DNA of 64,000 nucleotides from an uncultured Candidatus Peribacteria bacterium. GTDB lineage: Bacteria; Patescibacteriota; Gracilibacteria; Peribacterales; Peribacteraceae. The DNA lies in contig CAZXIV010000002.1 in the NCBI GenBank assembly GCA_964640945.1, forward strand, positions 368-64,367, in the 5' to 3' direction. The notes beneath the pieces are model-generated. The model was not told the origin of the DNA. It worked only from the letters and a program-made list of their open reading frames with translations, and made no database searches. Below are positions 8,495 through 16,810 of this stretch, piece after piece. The translations under genes were made by a program, and so were the position numbers. Every line of letters starts with the position of its first letter. Within the stretch, counting starts at the first letter, position 1.

Positions 8495-10093
8495 ATGGCG
8501 ACCGCCATGACATTTCGTAGTCGTAAGGTGAGCCAGGAGAAGTCGGCCGTCGCCAAAGCCGCCGGCCAAGCGGCGTCCGAAGCCAAGAAAAAACTGGGCT
8601 CGTTTGTGCAAAAAACCCTCCCCCAGGCCCCCGTACCCGTCGCCGTCGATGGCGGCAAAAGCGCTGCCAAGAGTGAACGCCGCGTGCGCTGCCTGAAGTG
8701 CGTACTCACCATCCTGTTGGCCGTGCTGTGCATCGGCATCGTCCTCAATCTGGCCCTCGAGGGCATCTTTGGCCTGCGCACGCTCAGCCTCCAATCGGTG
8801 ATGTCGACCGTCGGCACGCCGCCCCCGGTGGATGCCTACGGCCACACGAACATGTTATTGCTCGGTGTGGGCGATAAAGACCATGACGGCGTCGACCTGA
8901 CCGACACTATTATGGTGGTGAGCCTAGACCCCAAGGACACGAAGACACTGGCCATGTTCTCTATTCCCCGCGACTTGTGGATCTCGAATGTGGACCACGT
9001 GGCCGATGGCCGCATCAACAGTCTCTTCCGCGACATTCAATCGTATAACCGCCGGGCCAATCCCGACCTGGAGGACCACGAGCTGGTGAAGCTAGCAATG
9101 GTCGGCACGGCCGAAGAGATTGGGCGGCGTATGGGCATTGAGATCCACGGGGTGATCAAGGCGGACTTCACCGGCTTCGTTGAAGCCGTCGACACACTGG
9201 GCGGCGTGGAGGTGGATGTGCCCGAAGATATCATCGACCTGCAGTACCCCGGCCCCCGGCCCGACACCTACGATCCGTTCCGCATCTCCAAAGGTCCGCA
9301 GCACTTAGACGGCGAAACGGCGCTCAAATACGCCCGTAGCCGCCATACCAGCAGCGATTTTGGCCGCAGCGCCCGCCAGCAGCAGATCATCGCCAGCTTG
9401 GGCCAAAAGGTGCGCGACCAGGGTGTCCTCAAAAATCCTGGCACCATCCTGACGCTCCTCAAAATCGCCGGCGAGCACGTGAGTATGACCATGAGCTCAA
9501 GCGAGCTGATCGGACTGGCCAACGTGGCCCTCAAGCTTGATCTTCGCCGCCCCTTCACCATCCAACTCTCGGATAACGACCAGACGGCCGGTGGTTTCCT
9601 CTATCCCCCGCCCCGCGACCAATTCGGCGGCGCGTCGGTGCTCCTGCCCGAAGGCGGCCGCGACGGCTGGCAGCAGATCCAAGACCTGGTCGCCCTGACG
9701 GTTCACCAGCGCCTCCTGGCCCGCCCCCACCAGATCATCGTCGAGAACGCTGGCGCTCGCTCGGGCTTAGGACGCTCGCTCGGCTTTGAGCTCATCCGCT
9801 TTGGCTTCAACGTCACGGATATCCGTAACCGTCCCAAGACTGCCGACGGCAAGAATGATGATATCCCGCACTCCCAAGTGAAGACCGACCCGACCGATCC
9901 CATCGGCACCTTCCTCGCCGGGCTGATGTCACTCCCCGTTCTGCCACTCCCCACGGGTAGCGGCAGCGGCGCCGTGCTCAGCGACGATCGCTCCTCCGCG
10001 CCCGTCGAACCCCCCGCCCCTCTTACCCAGGTGATCCTCGGGGAAGACTACAAGTTTGTGCCAATCTCGGACCTCCTCCACCTCAAGCCTTGA
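8495..10093 (+). CDS. LytR-CpsA-Psr (LCP) family protein
   Basis: 532 aa. N-terminal TM anchor, 'NMLLLGVGD...DTIMVVSLDP', 'SIPRDLW', 'LDGETALKYARSRH...SDFGRSARQQQI' and a C-terminal LytR_C-like region. Confidence 0.85.
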   Translation: MATAMTFRSRKVSQEKSAVAKAAGQAASEAKKKLGSFVQKTLPQAPVPVAVDGGKSAAKSERRVRCLKCVLTILLAVLCIGIVLNLALEGIFGLRTLSLQSVMSTVGTPPPVDAYGHTNMLLLGVGDKDHDGVDLTDTIMVVSLDPKDTKTLAMFSIPRDLWISNVDHVADGRINSLFRDIQSYNRRANPDLEDHELVKLAMVGTAEEIGRRMGIEIHGVIKADFTGFVEAVDTLGGVEVDVPEDIIDLQYPGPRPDTYDPFRISKGPQHLDGETALKYARSRHTSSDFGRSARQQQIIASLGQKVRDQGVLKNPGTILTLLKIAGEHVSMTMSSSELIGLANVALKLDLRRPFTIQLSDNDQTAGGFLYPPPRDQFGGASVLLPEGGRDGWQQIQDLVALTVHQRLLARPHQIIVENAGARSGLGRSLGFELIRFGFNVTDIRNRPKTADGKNDDIPHSQVKTDPTDPIGTFLAGLMSLPVLPLPTGSGSGAVLSDDRSSAPVEPPAPLTQVILGEDYKFVPISDLLHLKP

Positions 10094-10992
10094 CCCCCCG
10101 CGAGATCGTCGCCGAAGCCTGGGCCATCGCCAAACGCGAGCGGAAGCTCTGGCAATGGGGCTTTTTGGCCTCGTTTTTCGCCATCATGCTCAGCGTGAAA
10201 TTCTTAAGCTTCCAGACGTACATCTTTTACGAGTACTTCTTCGGCGGGAACGAAGCCGGTATGTTCGACATGGAGCTCTGGCTCATCAACAACACCCCTC
10301 AGTGGTTCTGGGTGAGCACGTTCATCATCTTCATTGTGATGCTCATCATCGAGTTTTTTATGCCCCACTTCACCGAGGGGGCCATCATCGGCCTAACGGT
10401 GAAGGCCCACCGCGGCGAGCCGCTCGAAGGCGGCCTGGTGCTGGGCCTGTATAACTTCTTCCCGCTCTTCGCTCTTCATGAATTCTTCATCCTCGCCAGC
10501 TGGAACCTGGTGATTTCGGCGATATCATTGACCCTCCGTTACCTGCCGGAAAGCCTGCACGGCATCATTATACCCACAGTCATCTTCCTCTTCGTCTTTA
10601 GCAATTTCTTCAGCTTCCTGACGAGCTTCGCCCCCGAAGGCTGCGTCATTAAGAAAATGGGGCCGATCGAGAGCGCCATGCGCAGTTATAAGCTGATTGT
10701 CAGTCACGTCAGCCACGTTGTTTTCTTGATGCTGCTGCTCTTCGTTATCACCATCCGTATCCTCATCAACACCGTTATCGTCTTCCTCATTCCCGCCGCG
10801 GTGGTGGGCATCGGTCTCTTGCTGACGTACGTCTTCTCACCCTTCGTAAGCTACCTGATTGGCGCCGGCATCGGCCTGCTGCTCATCGGCGTGGCCAGCT
10901 ACTCGCTCGCCTACCTGCACGTTTTCCGACGCGCTGTCTGGACACTCACTTTCTTAGAGCTCGACGGACGCAAGGATTTGGATGAGCTATAA
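10090..10992 (+). CDS. polytopic membrane protein, hypothetical
   Basis: 300 aa with several hydrophobic helices. The TTG start overlaps the LCP stop by 4 nt. No recognisable family. Confidence 0.5.
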   Translation: MTPREIVAEAWAIAKRERKLWQWGFLASFFAIMLSVKFLSFQTYIFYEYFFGGNEAGMFDMELWLINNTPQWFWVSTFIIFIVMLIIEFFMPHFTEGAIIGLTVKAHRGEPLEGGLVLGLYNFFPLFALHEFFILASWNLVISAISLTLRYLPESLHGIIIPTVIFLFVFSNFFSFLTSFAPEGCVIKKMGPIESAMRSYKLIVSHVSHVVFLMLLLFVITIRILINTVIVFLIPAAVVGIGLLLTYVFSPFVSYLIGAGIGLLLIGVASYSLAYLHVFRRAVWTLTFLELDGRKDLDEL

Positions 10993-11034
10993 GCCTACCG
11001 GCACGGTTCTACCGGACCTCAGAACGCGATCTGT

Positions 11035-11063
11035 TTGACAGTGGACGTTCGTGCACCTAGGAT
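11035..11063 (+). promoter_or_regulatory. lexA promoter TTGACA-N17-TAGGAT
   Basis: Hexamers at 11035-11040 and 11058-11063. The spacer is filled by the palindrome listed next. Confidence 0.55.
11041..11056. promoter_or_regulatory. candidate LexA operator GTGGACGTTCGTGCAC
   Basis: Imperfect 16-bp palindrome between -35 and -10 of lexA. A near-identical perfect-arm copy, GTGGACCTTCGTCCAC, lies at 21424-21439 upstream of rmuC/pcrA. Confidence 0.5.
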
Positions 11064-11089
11064 GGTGGACGACTGTTCCCCTGTCACCC

Positions 11090-11707
11090 ATGACGCTCAC
11101 ACCCCACCAGCGCACGGCCCTCAATTACATCCGTGAGTTCCAGCGCAAGCGCGGCTACTCGCCGTCACTTGCCGACCTGGCCGTGGCCTTCGGTGTCCGG
11201 AGCAAGAACGCTATCGCCAAGGTGGTGAATGTGCTCGTGAACCAGGGCTTTATCGAAAAGGATCCCAAAGGGCGTATCAAAATTATGGATACCCCGCCGG
11301 AGAACAATGCGAGCGAATCGGTGGGTGGCTTCACGCTCCCCCTTTTCGGACCCATCGCCGCTGGTTACGCAGCCCCAGTCGAGGAGCAGGCCGAGGAACT
11401 CGTTTCCATTCAGGATTACATTATCGGCGGCAAAGGAGCCAAGATCTTCCTCCTGCGCGTGAAGGGCGAAAGCATGATCGACGCCGGCATCCAAGAGGGT
11501 GACCTGGTGGTGGTGGAACGCGGCAAAGAGCCCCGCGTGAACGACATCGTGGTAGGCGTGCTCGACGGCGAATACACCTTGAAGCGCCTCCGCAAAGATA
11601 AGGGCAAGTTCTACCTGCAAGCCGAGAACCCCAAATTTCCCGACATGTATGCCGTGGATGAGTTGCAGACCGCGGGCGTGGTGAAGGGGGTGATTAGAAA
11701 GTATTAA
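11090..11707 (+). CDS. lexA: LexA repressor
   Basis: Winged-helix N-terminus ('LTPHQRTALNYIREFQRKRGYSPSLADLA'), cleavage-site region 'GPIAAGYA' and S24 peptidase 'VKGESMIDAGIQEGDLVVV...YTLKRL'. Start taken at ATG 11090 inside track ORF 11051..11707. Confidence 0.9.
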   Translation: MTLTPHQRTALNYIREFQRKRGYSPSLADLAVAFGVRSKNAIAKVVNVLVNQGFIEKDPKGRIKIMDTPPENNASESVGGFTLPLFGPIAAGYAAPVEEQAEELVSIQDYIIGGKGAKIFLLRVKGESMIDAGIQEGDLVVVERGKEPRVNDIVVGVLDGEYTLKRLRKDKGKFYLQAENPKFPDMYAVDELQTAGVVKGVIRKY

Positions 11708-11729
11708 GGGATGAGTATTAAGTATTATG
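11702..11729. repeat. left heptamer array (TATTAAG-like x4), inverted relative to 12088-12115
   Basis: TATTAAG|GGATGAG|TATTAAG|TATTATG. Overlaps the lexA stop and the start codon of the following gene. Confidence 0.7.
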
Positions 11730-12092
11730 GGTGCTATTCAATCCTTCACAGGCCTTATCGCCTGGCAGGAAGCCCACAAACTCGTACTCTTGGTTTATCG
11801 AGTAACTCAGACCTTTCCCAAGGAAGAATCCTTTGGTCTCACCAATCAATTGCGCAGAGCCGCAGTATCTATCTCATCAAATATTGCCGAAGGATTTAGT
11901 AGAAAATCGGCCAAGGAAAAATCTCAATTCTATCGGATGGCATTAGGCTCCTTAACAGAAGTGCAGAACCAGATCCTTATTAGTAGAGACATTCAATATG
12001 TAGCGAAGAAGGAATTTGATGACATCGCCCAGCAAACAGTCATCGTGAGTAAATTGATTAATGGACTGATCAAGTCGGCCAAAAACCCTTAA
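11727..12092 (+). CDS. four-helix-bundle protein (23S rRNA intervening-sequence protein family)
   Basis: 121 aa. 'LIAWQEAHKLVLLVYRVTQTFPKEE..GLTNQLRRAAVSISSNIAEGFSR......FYRMALGSLTEVQNQILIS' matches the family signature. Markedly lower GC than the flanks. Confidence 0.85.
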   Translation: MGAIQSFTGLIAWQEAHKLVLLVYRVTQTFPKEESFGLTNQLRRAAVSISSNIAEGFSRKSAKEKSQFYRMALGSLTEVQNQILISRDIQYVAKKEFDDIAQQTVIVSKLINGLIKSAKNP

Positions 12093-12115
12093 TACTTAAT
12101 ACCTAATACTGAATA
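12088..12115. repeat. right heptamer array CTTAATA|CTTAATA|CCTAATA|CTGAATA
   Basis: Four tandem 7-mers. 12090-12102 is the perfect reverse complement of 11715-11727 (13 bp). Confidence 0.75.
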
Positions 12116-12119
12116 CCCC

Positions 12120-13292
12120 ATGATCGCCCACCTCGATGCCGACTCTTTCTTCGCGTCCGTCCTTGTCCGCAAGGACCCTCGACTCCAAGGCAAACCACTC
12201 CTCGCCCTGGGGATGGGTGGCAGTTGTGTGATTGCAGCGACGTATGAGGCCAAAGCCTTTGGTGTGAAGACCGGCATGCGCCTGATGGAGGCCCGTAAGC
12301 TCGTTCCTGGGGCCATAGAGCTGCCCTGTGACTTCGCGGAGACCGCAGTGGCTTCCCGCCAGATTGAATCGATTGTGGAGGCGTCCTGCCCCATCTTCGA
12401 GCAGATGTCGGTGGATGAGTGGTACATGGACCTCCGGAGCTGCATCGGCGGCGACCCGAGCCATCCCCAAGACTGGGCGACTGCTCTGCGCGACCGCGTG
12501 AAGCGCGAGACCGCCCTCTCGGTTTCGGTGGGGGTCGGTCCAACGAAGCTCCTGGCCAAGATGGCGGGCGAGTACCGCAAGCCCGCGGGCGTGACCGTCA
12601 TCGATGCCCAGGTGGATCTGGCGCTCGAGCCTTTTTTACGCGATCGGCCGGCCGCTGCCATCCCCGGTATCGGCCGCAAGCGCGTCCAAGAAACGGACAG
12701 TCGCGGCTGGAAGACCGCCTGGGATTTCTCGCAGGCTGATCCCCTGCTGGTGCAGCAACTATTCGGACGAGGCGGCCTGGATCTGCGCGCCGAGCTGCAG
12801 GGCGAGTCCGTCTCGGCCGTGACCACCGAATCGGGACCGCCGAAGTCCATCCAGCGCGCCCGGAGTTTCCGCAGCACCAGCGACCGCGACGCCATTTGGG
12901 CAAGCATCTTGGATCACTTGGCCTACACCGTTTTAAAGATGCGCCGCCAGGAATTAGCCTGCCGCGGTGTCACCGTCTGGCTCCGCAACAGCGACTACCG
13001 CGGCGAGGGCGACGCACAGAGCTTCCCCCAAGCGCTCACGAATGAAACCCAGCTCCTGCCCGCGATCCGCCAGGGCTTCGACCGGCTCTACCGGCCGGGC
13101 CAGCGCTACACACAGACCGGCCTCAGCCTCTGGCGCCTGGGCGCCATTGGCGGGCAGCAGTTCTCACTCTTCACGCCGCCGGAGACACTGATGAAAAACG
13201 ATGATCTCCAAAAGGCTGTCGATGACCTGCGCGAACGCTACGGCAAAGACATTGTGAAGCGAGGGTCGGCGCTGACCAGATCTCAGCATTGA
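12120..13292 (+). CDS. dinB: Y-family (translesion) DNA polymerase, DinB/UmuC-like
   Basis: 390 aa. 'IAHLDADSFFASV' catalytic start, 'AATYEAKAFGVKTGM', 'SVDEWYMDL' and 'SVGVGPTKLLAKMA'. Lies downstream of lexA. Confidence 0.85.
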   Translation: MIAHLDADSFFASVLVRKDPRLQGKPLLALGMGGSCVIAATYEAKAFGVKTGMRLMEARKLVPGAIELPCDFAETAVASRQIESIVEASCPIFEQMSVDEWYMDLRSCIGGDPSHPQDWATALRDRVKRETALSVSVGVGPTKLLAKMAGEYRKPAGVTVIDAQVDLALEPFLRDRPAAAIPGIGRKRVQETDSRGWKTAWDFSQADPLLVQQLFGRGGLDLRAELQGESVSAVTTESGPPKSIQRARSFRSTSDRDAIWASILDHLAYTVLKMRRQELACRGVTVWLRNSDYRGEGDAQSFPQALTNETQLLPAIRQGFDRLYRPGQRYTQTGLSLWRLGAIGGQQFSLFTPPETLMKNDDLQKAVDDLRERYGKDIVKRGSALTRSQH

Positions 13293-13311
13293 GGAGCTGT
13301 ATAATAACGTC

Positions 13312-13869
13312 ATGTTCACCGTGTCGCGCAGGCTCCCGCCTGTCACCAAAGCCGACTTCTTGAAGGGGGCGGATGATCATACGTGTGCACTAGTGGAGAC
13401 AATGCTCGCCATCAGCGCCGCCGAGCCAAAGCGCCTCATTCTCGTCACCTCCGGATTTGTGCCCGATCTCTGTTTGGGCCACATCCACCGACCGCATCAC
13501 GATCTCGATCTTCTTATCGCCGCCGACGATGTCCCATTTTTTCGGACCAAGTTGGAGCAAGAGCAGTGGACCCTGAGTCAGTTCCGCAGCAAAAATCCTC
13601 TGAACACATTCAAGGCGACGAAGGCCGGCCAAGAGGTGGATATCGGCGGCATCGCCGTGACGGCATCAGAGGTCTACGACGAAACCGACGGATCGGGGCA
13701 GAAATATATCTGGCCAGTCCAAGCCCATGAATTGATCTTCTCCCGTCAGATCGATGACATCGATGTTCGCTTCGTCTGCCCAAAAGCGATCCTCTTTTTT
13801 AAAACAGAAAACACTCGTCAGGACGAAAGGGATGAAGCTGATCGTACGATCCTGGCGCGATTCATGTAA
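13312..13869 (+). CDS. nucleotidyltransferase-fold protein (ANT(2'')/Lnu-like family)
   Basis: 185 aa. 'SGFVPDLCLGHIHRPHHDLDLLI' resembles the GG..D..LG...R.H.DiDl motif of aminoglycoside/lincosamide nucleotidyltransferase-type enzymes. TATAAT lies 6 nt upstream of the ATG. Confidence 0.45.
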   Translation: MFTVSRRLPPVTKADFLKGADDHTCALVETMLAISAAEPKRLILVTSGFVPDLCLGHIHRPHHDLDLLIAADDVPFFRTKLEQEQWTLSQFRSKNPLNTFKATKAGQEVDIGGIAVTASEVYDETDGSGQKYIWPVQAHELIFSRQIDDIDVRFVCPKAILFFKTENTRQDERDEADRTILARFM

Positions 13870-13894
13870 AAAACCCAGGCGAACGACGCCTGGG
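13868..13894 (-). terminator. rho-independent terminator (minus-strand sense) ending the valS / small-ORF unit
   Basis: CCCAGGCG-AACGA-CGCCTGGG. The plus-strand A-run 13868-13873 gives a U-tract on the minus strand. Confidence 0.7.
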
Positions 13895-13903
13895 GGTGCA
13901 CTA

Positions 13904-14032
13904 CTAGAAGCAGTACTTCCAGATGAGCCAGCCGATTCCGACGCAGGCTCCTTCGATGATGGCGGCCCAGCAGAGGCCAATACACAGACCAACTGAGCAG
14001 TTGGTTTGTGAGGGGACAGGAACACGAGACAC
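13904..14032 (-). CDS. small hydrophobic Cys-rich peptide, 42 aa (below ORF-track cutoff)
   Basis: GTG 14032 is preceded by AAGGAGGTGA (14045-14036, 3-nt gap). Translation is MSRVPVPSQTNCSVGLCIGLCWAAIIEGACVGIGWLIWKYCF, with a double TAG stop and then the terminator. It begins 18 nt after the valS stop. Confidence 0.45.
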   Translation of the reverse strand: MSRVPVPSQTNCSVGLCIGLCWAAIIEGACVGIGWLIWKYCF

Positions 14033-14049
14033 GGGTCACCTCCTTTTGC

Positions 14050-16749
14050 TCAGTGCCCCAGATTCAAGAGCGTCACTTCGATCTTCGCAAGCTTTTCCTG
14101 CATCTCCGCAAGCTTCTGTTTCTCAAAATTCACCACCTTCTCGGGTGCTTTGGACACAAATGTCTCATCCTTCAGCTTAATCTCAGAAGACGCGATGCCC
14201 TTCTGGAGAAGCTCCTTCTCTTTGCCGAGCGCGACTCGTTCTTTCTCCACGTCAATGAGACCCTCGAGCGAGAGATAAACCTCGATGTCCGTGAGGAACT
14301 CGCTCACGGTCTGGCCGCTCGGCGCCTTGGGCGTAAAGCTCAGCGAGGCCACCTTGGCCAAGCGCTTGATCTGGGCCTGTTGCCCCTCGAGGAGCGCGCT
14401 GTGCTTGGCGCTCACAATCGTCACGGTCACTTCCTTGGTGGGCTCCACGCTCTGAGCGGTGCGCAGGCGGCGGATGGCAGTGATCACATCAATGAGATGC
14501 TGGAGGTCGGCGTGCTCCTGGGCATACCGCGAGGCGTCGGCCTCCGGCCACGAGGCGGCGATAAGGGCACCAGCCTTGGCGGGCTTCACTTCTTCCCACA
14601 GACGCTCGGTGATGAAGGGGCAGAACGGGTGGAGCAACACGAGCAGCGTGCGCAGTGTGCCCACGAGTAACGCTGGATTGCTCTCACCCTTCGACAGCTC
14701 CAGATACCAGTCGCAGAACTCGTTCCACGTGAAGGAATAGAGGCGATCGCCGGCGTCGCTGAGGCGGTAGATTTGAAGATGATCAGTGACTTCTGTGATC
14801 ACCGTATTTGTGGCTTCAATAAGCCACTTATCTGCCAGACTCTTGGCTTCATGATCAGCCTCGGTGTGCGGGTCAAAGCCTGCTTTTTCACACTCCATGA
14901 GTACGAAGCGCGAGGCGTTCCAGAGCTTGTTCACAAAGTTGCGATAACCAGCAATTTTTTCTTCCGAGAGTTTGCTGTCAGCACCCGCACTCTGGCCGAC
15001 GATCATAGAAAGGCGCAGCGCGTCGGCGCCGTACTTGGGGATGATATCGAGCGGGTCGATCATTGTCTTAGGATCGCTCTTGCTCATCTTTTTTCCTTCC
15101 TTGGTACGCACCAAGCCGTGGAAGTACACCGTCTTGAACGGCACCTGTCCGGTGGCGTAGGTCGTCATGAGGATCATGCGCGCCACCCAGAAGAAGATAA
15201 GGTCGTAGCCCGTCTCCATCACGTTCGTGGGGTGGAACTTCTGGAAATCAGGACTCTGGGCGAGCATGTCCTTGAGGCTCAACTCGTAGTCGCGCGTCAG
15301 CTTCGGGTCGATGAGCGTGCTCCAGGTCCAGAGCGCGGACGAGAACCAGGTGTCGAGCGTGTCGGAATCTTGGACGACCGGCGAGCCGCAGAGCTCATGT
15401 TTGGTGATAGGCTCGGCGCCCACGGTGCACCAGTCGAGCGGTGTGCCGTCCTCGTTTTTGCACTTGGTGCAGTAGAACACGGGCACACGGTGGCCCCACC
15501 AGATCTGGCGAGAAACACACCAATCGCGCAGGTTATCAATCCAGGAGAAGTATGTCTTCTCGAAGCGATCCGGGATGATCTTGATGTCACCGTGGTGGAC
15601 GACGTCGTGCATCACTTCCTTCAGACTCATGCGCTGGCCCTTCCACTCGACGACGGGCTTTTTCACGTCCACGAACCACTGCAGCTTGATCTGCGGCTCG
15701 ATGGTGCCGCCACCGCGCGAGTTGGTCGCCTTGTTGTGCACATAGTTCTCGTCCACTTTTACGAGCAGGCCCTTCTCTTTCAGTTTCTCCACCACTGCCG
15801 GCCGAGCTTTCTCAATGTGCATACCTGCGAACTCTCCCGCCATCGGCAGGAGTTTGCCGTCGAAATCGATCACCTGCTCCTTCTCTAGACCGTGGCGCTC
15901 GGCCATCTCGAAGTCGACGGCGTCGTGCCAGGGGGTGATGGTCATGCAACCCGTGCCGAAAGCCGGATCGACGGCGGTATCTTTGAGAACCGTCGCGCGG
16001 ATGGGGCCGTTGATCCATTCCAACTCGAGCGTCTGGCCGACCTGGTACTGCTTGAAGCGTTCGTCGTCGGGGTGCACCACCACGTACTTATCGCCGAACT
16101 TCGTCTCCGGACGCGAGGTGGAGATCTGGAAAGGACCGTACTGGAAGGTGTAAAACGGCGCCGTCTCTTCTTTCCACTCGATCTCATCATCCGACACGGT
16201 CGTCTGGAGCTTCGGGTCCCAGTTCACAATGCGATGGCCGCGGTAGATGAGGCCGTCCTCTTTCATCTGGGCGAAGACCTCGTTCACTAAACGATTCAGC
16301 GACGGCTCGAAGGTGTAGCGCTCGCGGCTCCAGTCGCACGAGCTGCCCATCTTGCGCACTTGGCCGCGAATGGTCGATTTGCTCTGCTCCACGAATTTAG
16401 CGATCTCGGCCACGAGCTTGTCGCGTCCGAGCTCTTTGCGCGGATCCTTCAGGCCGCCTTCCTTCAACTGCTTGATGACGAGGTTTTCGGTGGCGATGGC
16501 AGCATGGTCCGTGCCGGGCACCCAGAGCGCCTCTTTGCCGCGCATGCGGTTGAAGCGCGTGAGGATGTCTTCGATCGCAAGCATGACCGCGTGCCCTAGG
16601 TGCAGGCTGCCCGTGGCGTTGGGCGGCGGCATGCTGATCGTGAAGGGCTCTTTCTTACTCTTGGCGTCAGCCTTGAAGGCACCGCTCTCCTCCCACATCG
16701 CATAGATGCGGTCTTCGGTCGCCTGCGGATCGTAGGCCTTATCGAGCAC
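14050..16749 (-). CDS. valS: valine--tRNA ligase
   Basis: 899 aa. 'PPPNATGSLHLGHA' (HIGH), 'KMSKS', an editing domain and a C-terminal coiled coil. GTG start. Confidence 0.95.
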   Translation of the reverse strand: MLDKAYDPQATEDRIYAMWEESGAFKADAKSKKEPFTISMPPPNATGSLHLGHAVMLAIEDILTRFNRMRGKEALWVPGTDHAAIATENLVIKQLKEGGLKDPRKELGRDKLVAEIAKFVEQSKSTIRGQVRKMGSSCDWSRERYTFEPSLNRLVNEVFAQMKEDGLIYRGHRIVNWDPKLQTTVSDDEIEWKEETAPFYTFQYGPFQISTSRPETKFGDKYVVVHPDDERFKQYQVGQTLELEWINGPIRATVLKDTAVDPAFGTGCMTITPWHDAVDFEMAERHGLEKEQVIDFDGKLLPMAGEFAGMHIEKARPAVVEKLKEKGLLVKVDENYVHNKATNSRGGGTIEPQIKLQWFVDVKKPVVEWKGQRMSLKEVMHDVVHHGDIKIIPDRFEKTYFSWIDNLRDWCVSRQIWWGHRVPVFYCTKCKNEDGTPLDWCTVGAEPITKHELCGSPVVQDSDTLDTWFSSALWTWSTLIDPKLTRDYELSLKDMLAQSPDFQKFHPTNVMETGYDLIFFWVARMILMTTYATGQVPFKTVYFHGLVRTKEGKKMSKSDPKTMIDPLDIIPKYGADALRLSMIVGQSAGADSKLSEEKIAGYRNFVNKLWNASRFVLMECEKAGFDPHTEADHEAKSLADKWLIEATNTVITEVTDHLQIYRLSDAGDRLYSFTWNEFCDWYLELSKGESNPALLVGTLRTLLVLLHPFCPFITERLWEEVKPAKAGALIAASWPEADASRYAQEHADLQHLIDVITAIRRLRTAQSVEPTKEVTVTIVSAKHSALLEGQQAQIKRLAKVASLSFTPKAPSGQTVSEFLTDIEVYLSLEGLIDVEKERVALGKEKELLQKGIASSEIKLKDETFVSKAPEKVVNFEKQKLAEMQEKLAKIEVTLLNLGH

Positions 16750-16810
16750 GACGAGAGTTTACCGAACATCCCAGGTTCCTCCCACTCCGGAATATCTCCG
16801 GACACAAAAA

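Noticed and set aside
11018-11040. Classical LexA boxes upstream of lexA (GAAC...GTTC Cheo-type, or CTGT-N8-ACAG)
   Set aside because: AGAACGCGATCTGTTT has the wrong spacing (7 nt rather than 4) and imperfect arms. CTGTTTGACAG has a 3-nt spacer. Neither recurs elsewhere, unlike the GTGGAC-N4-GTSCAC palindrome.
14773-15888. 371-aa plus-strand ORF, and neighbouring ORFs 14008..14670, 15892..16290 and 16352..16705
   Set aside because: They lie entirely antisense to the well-conserved valS gene. Their Arg/His/Leu/Val-rich composition and lack of motifs are typical of spurious long antisense ORFs in high-GC DNA.
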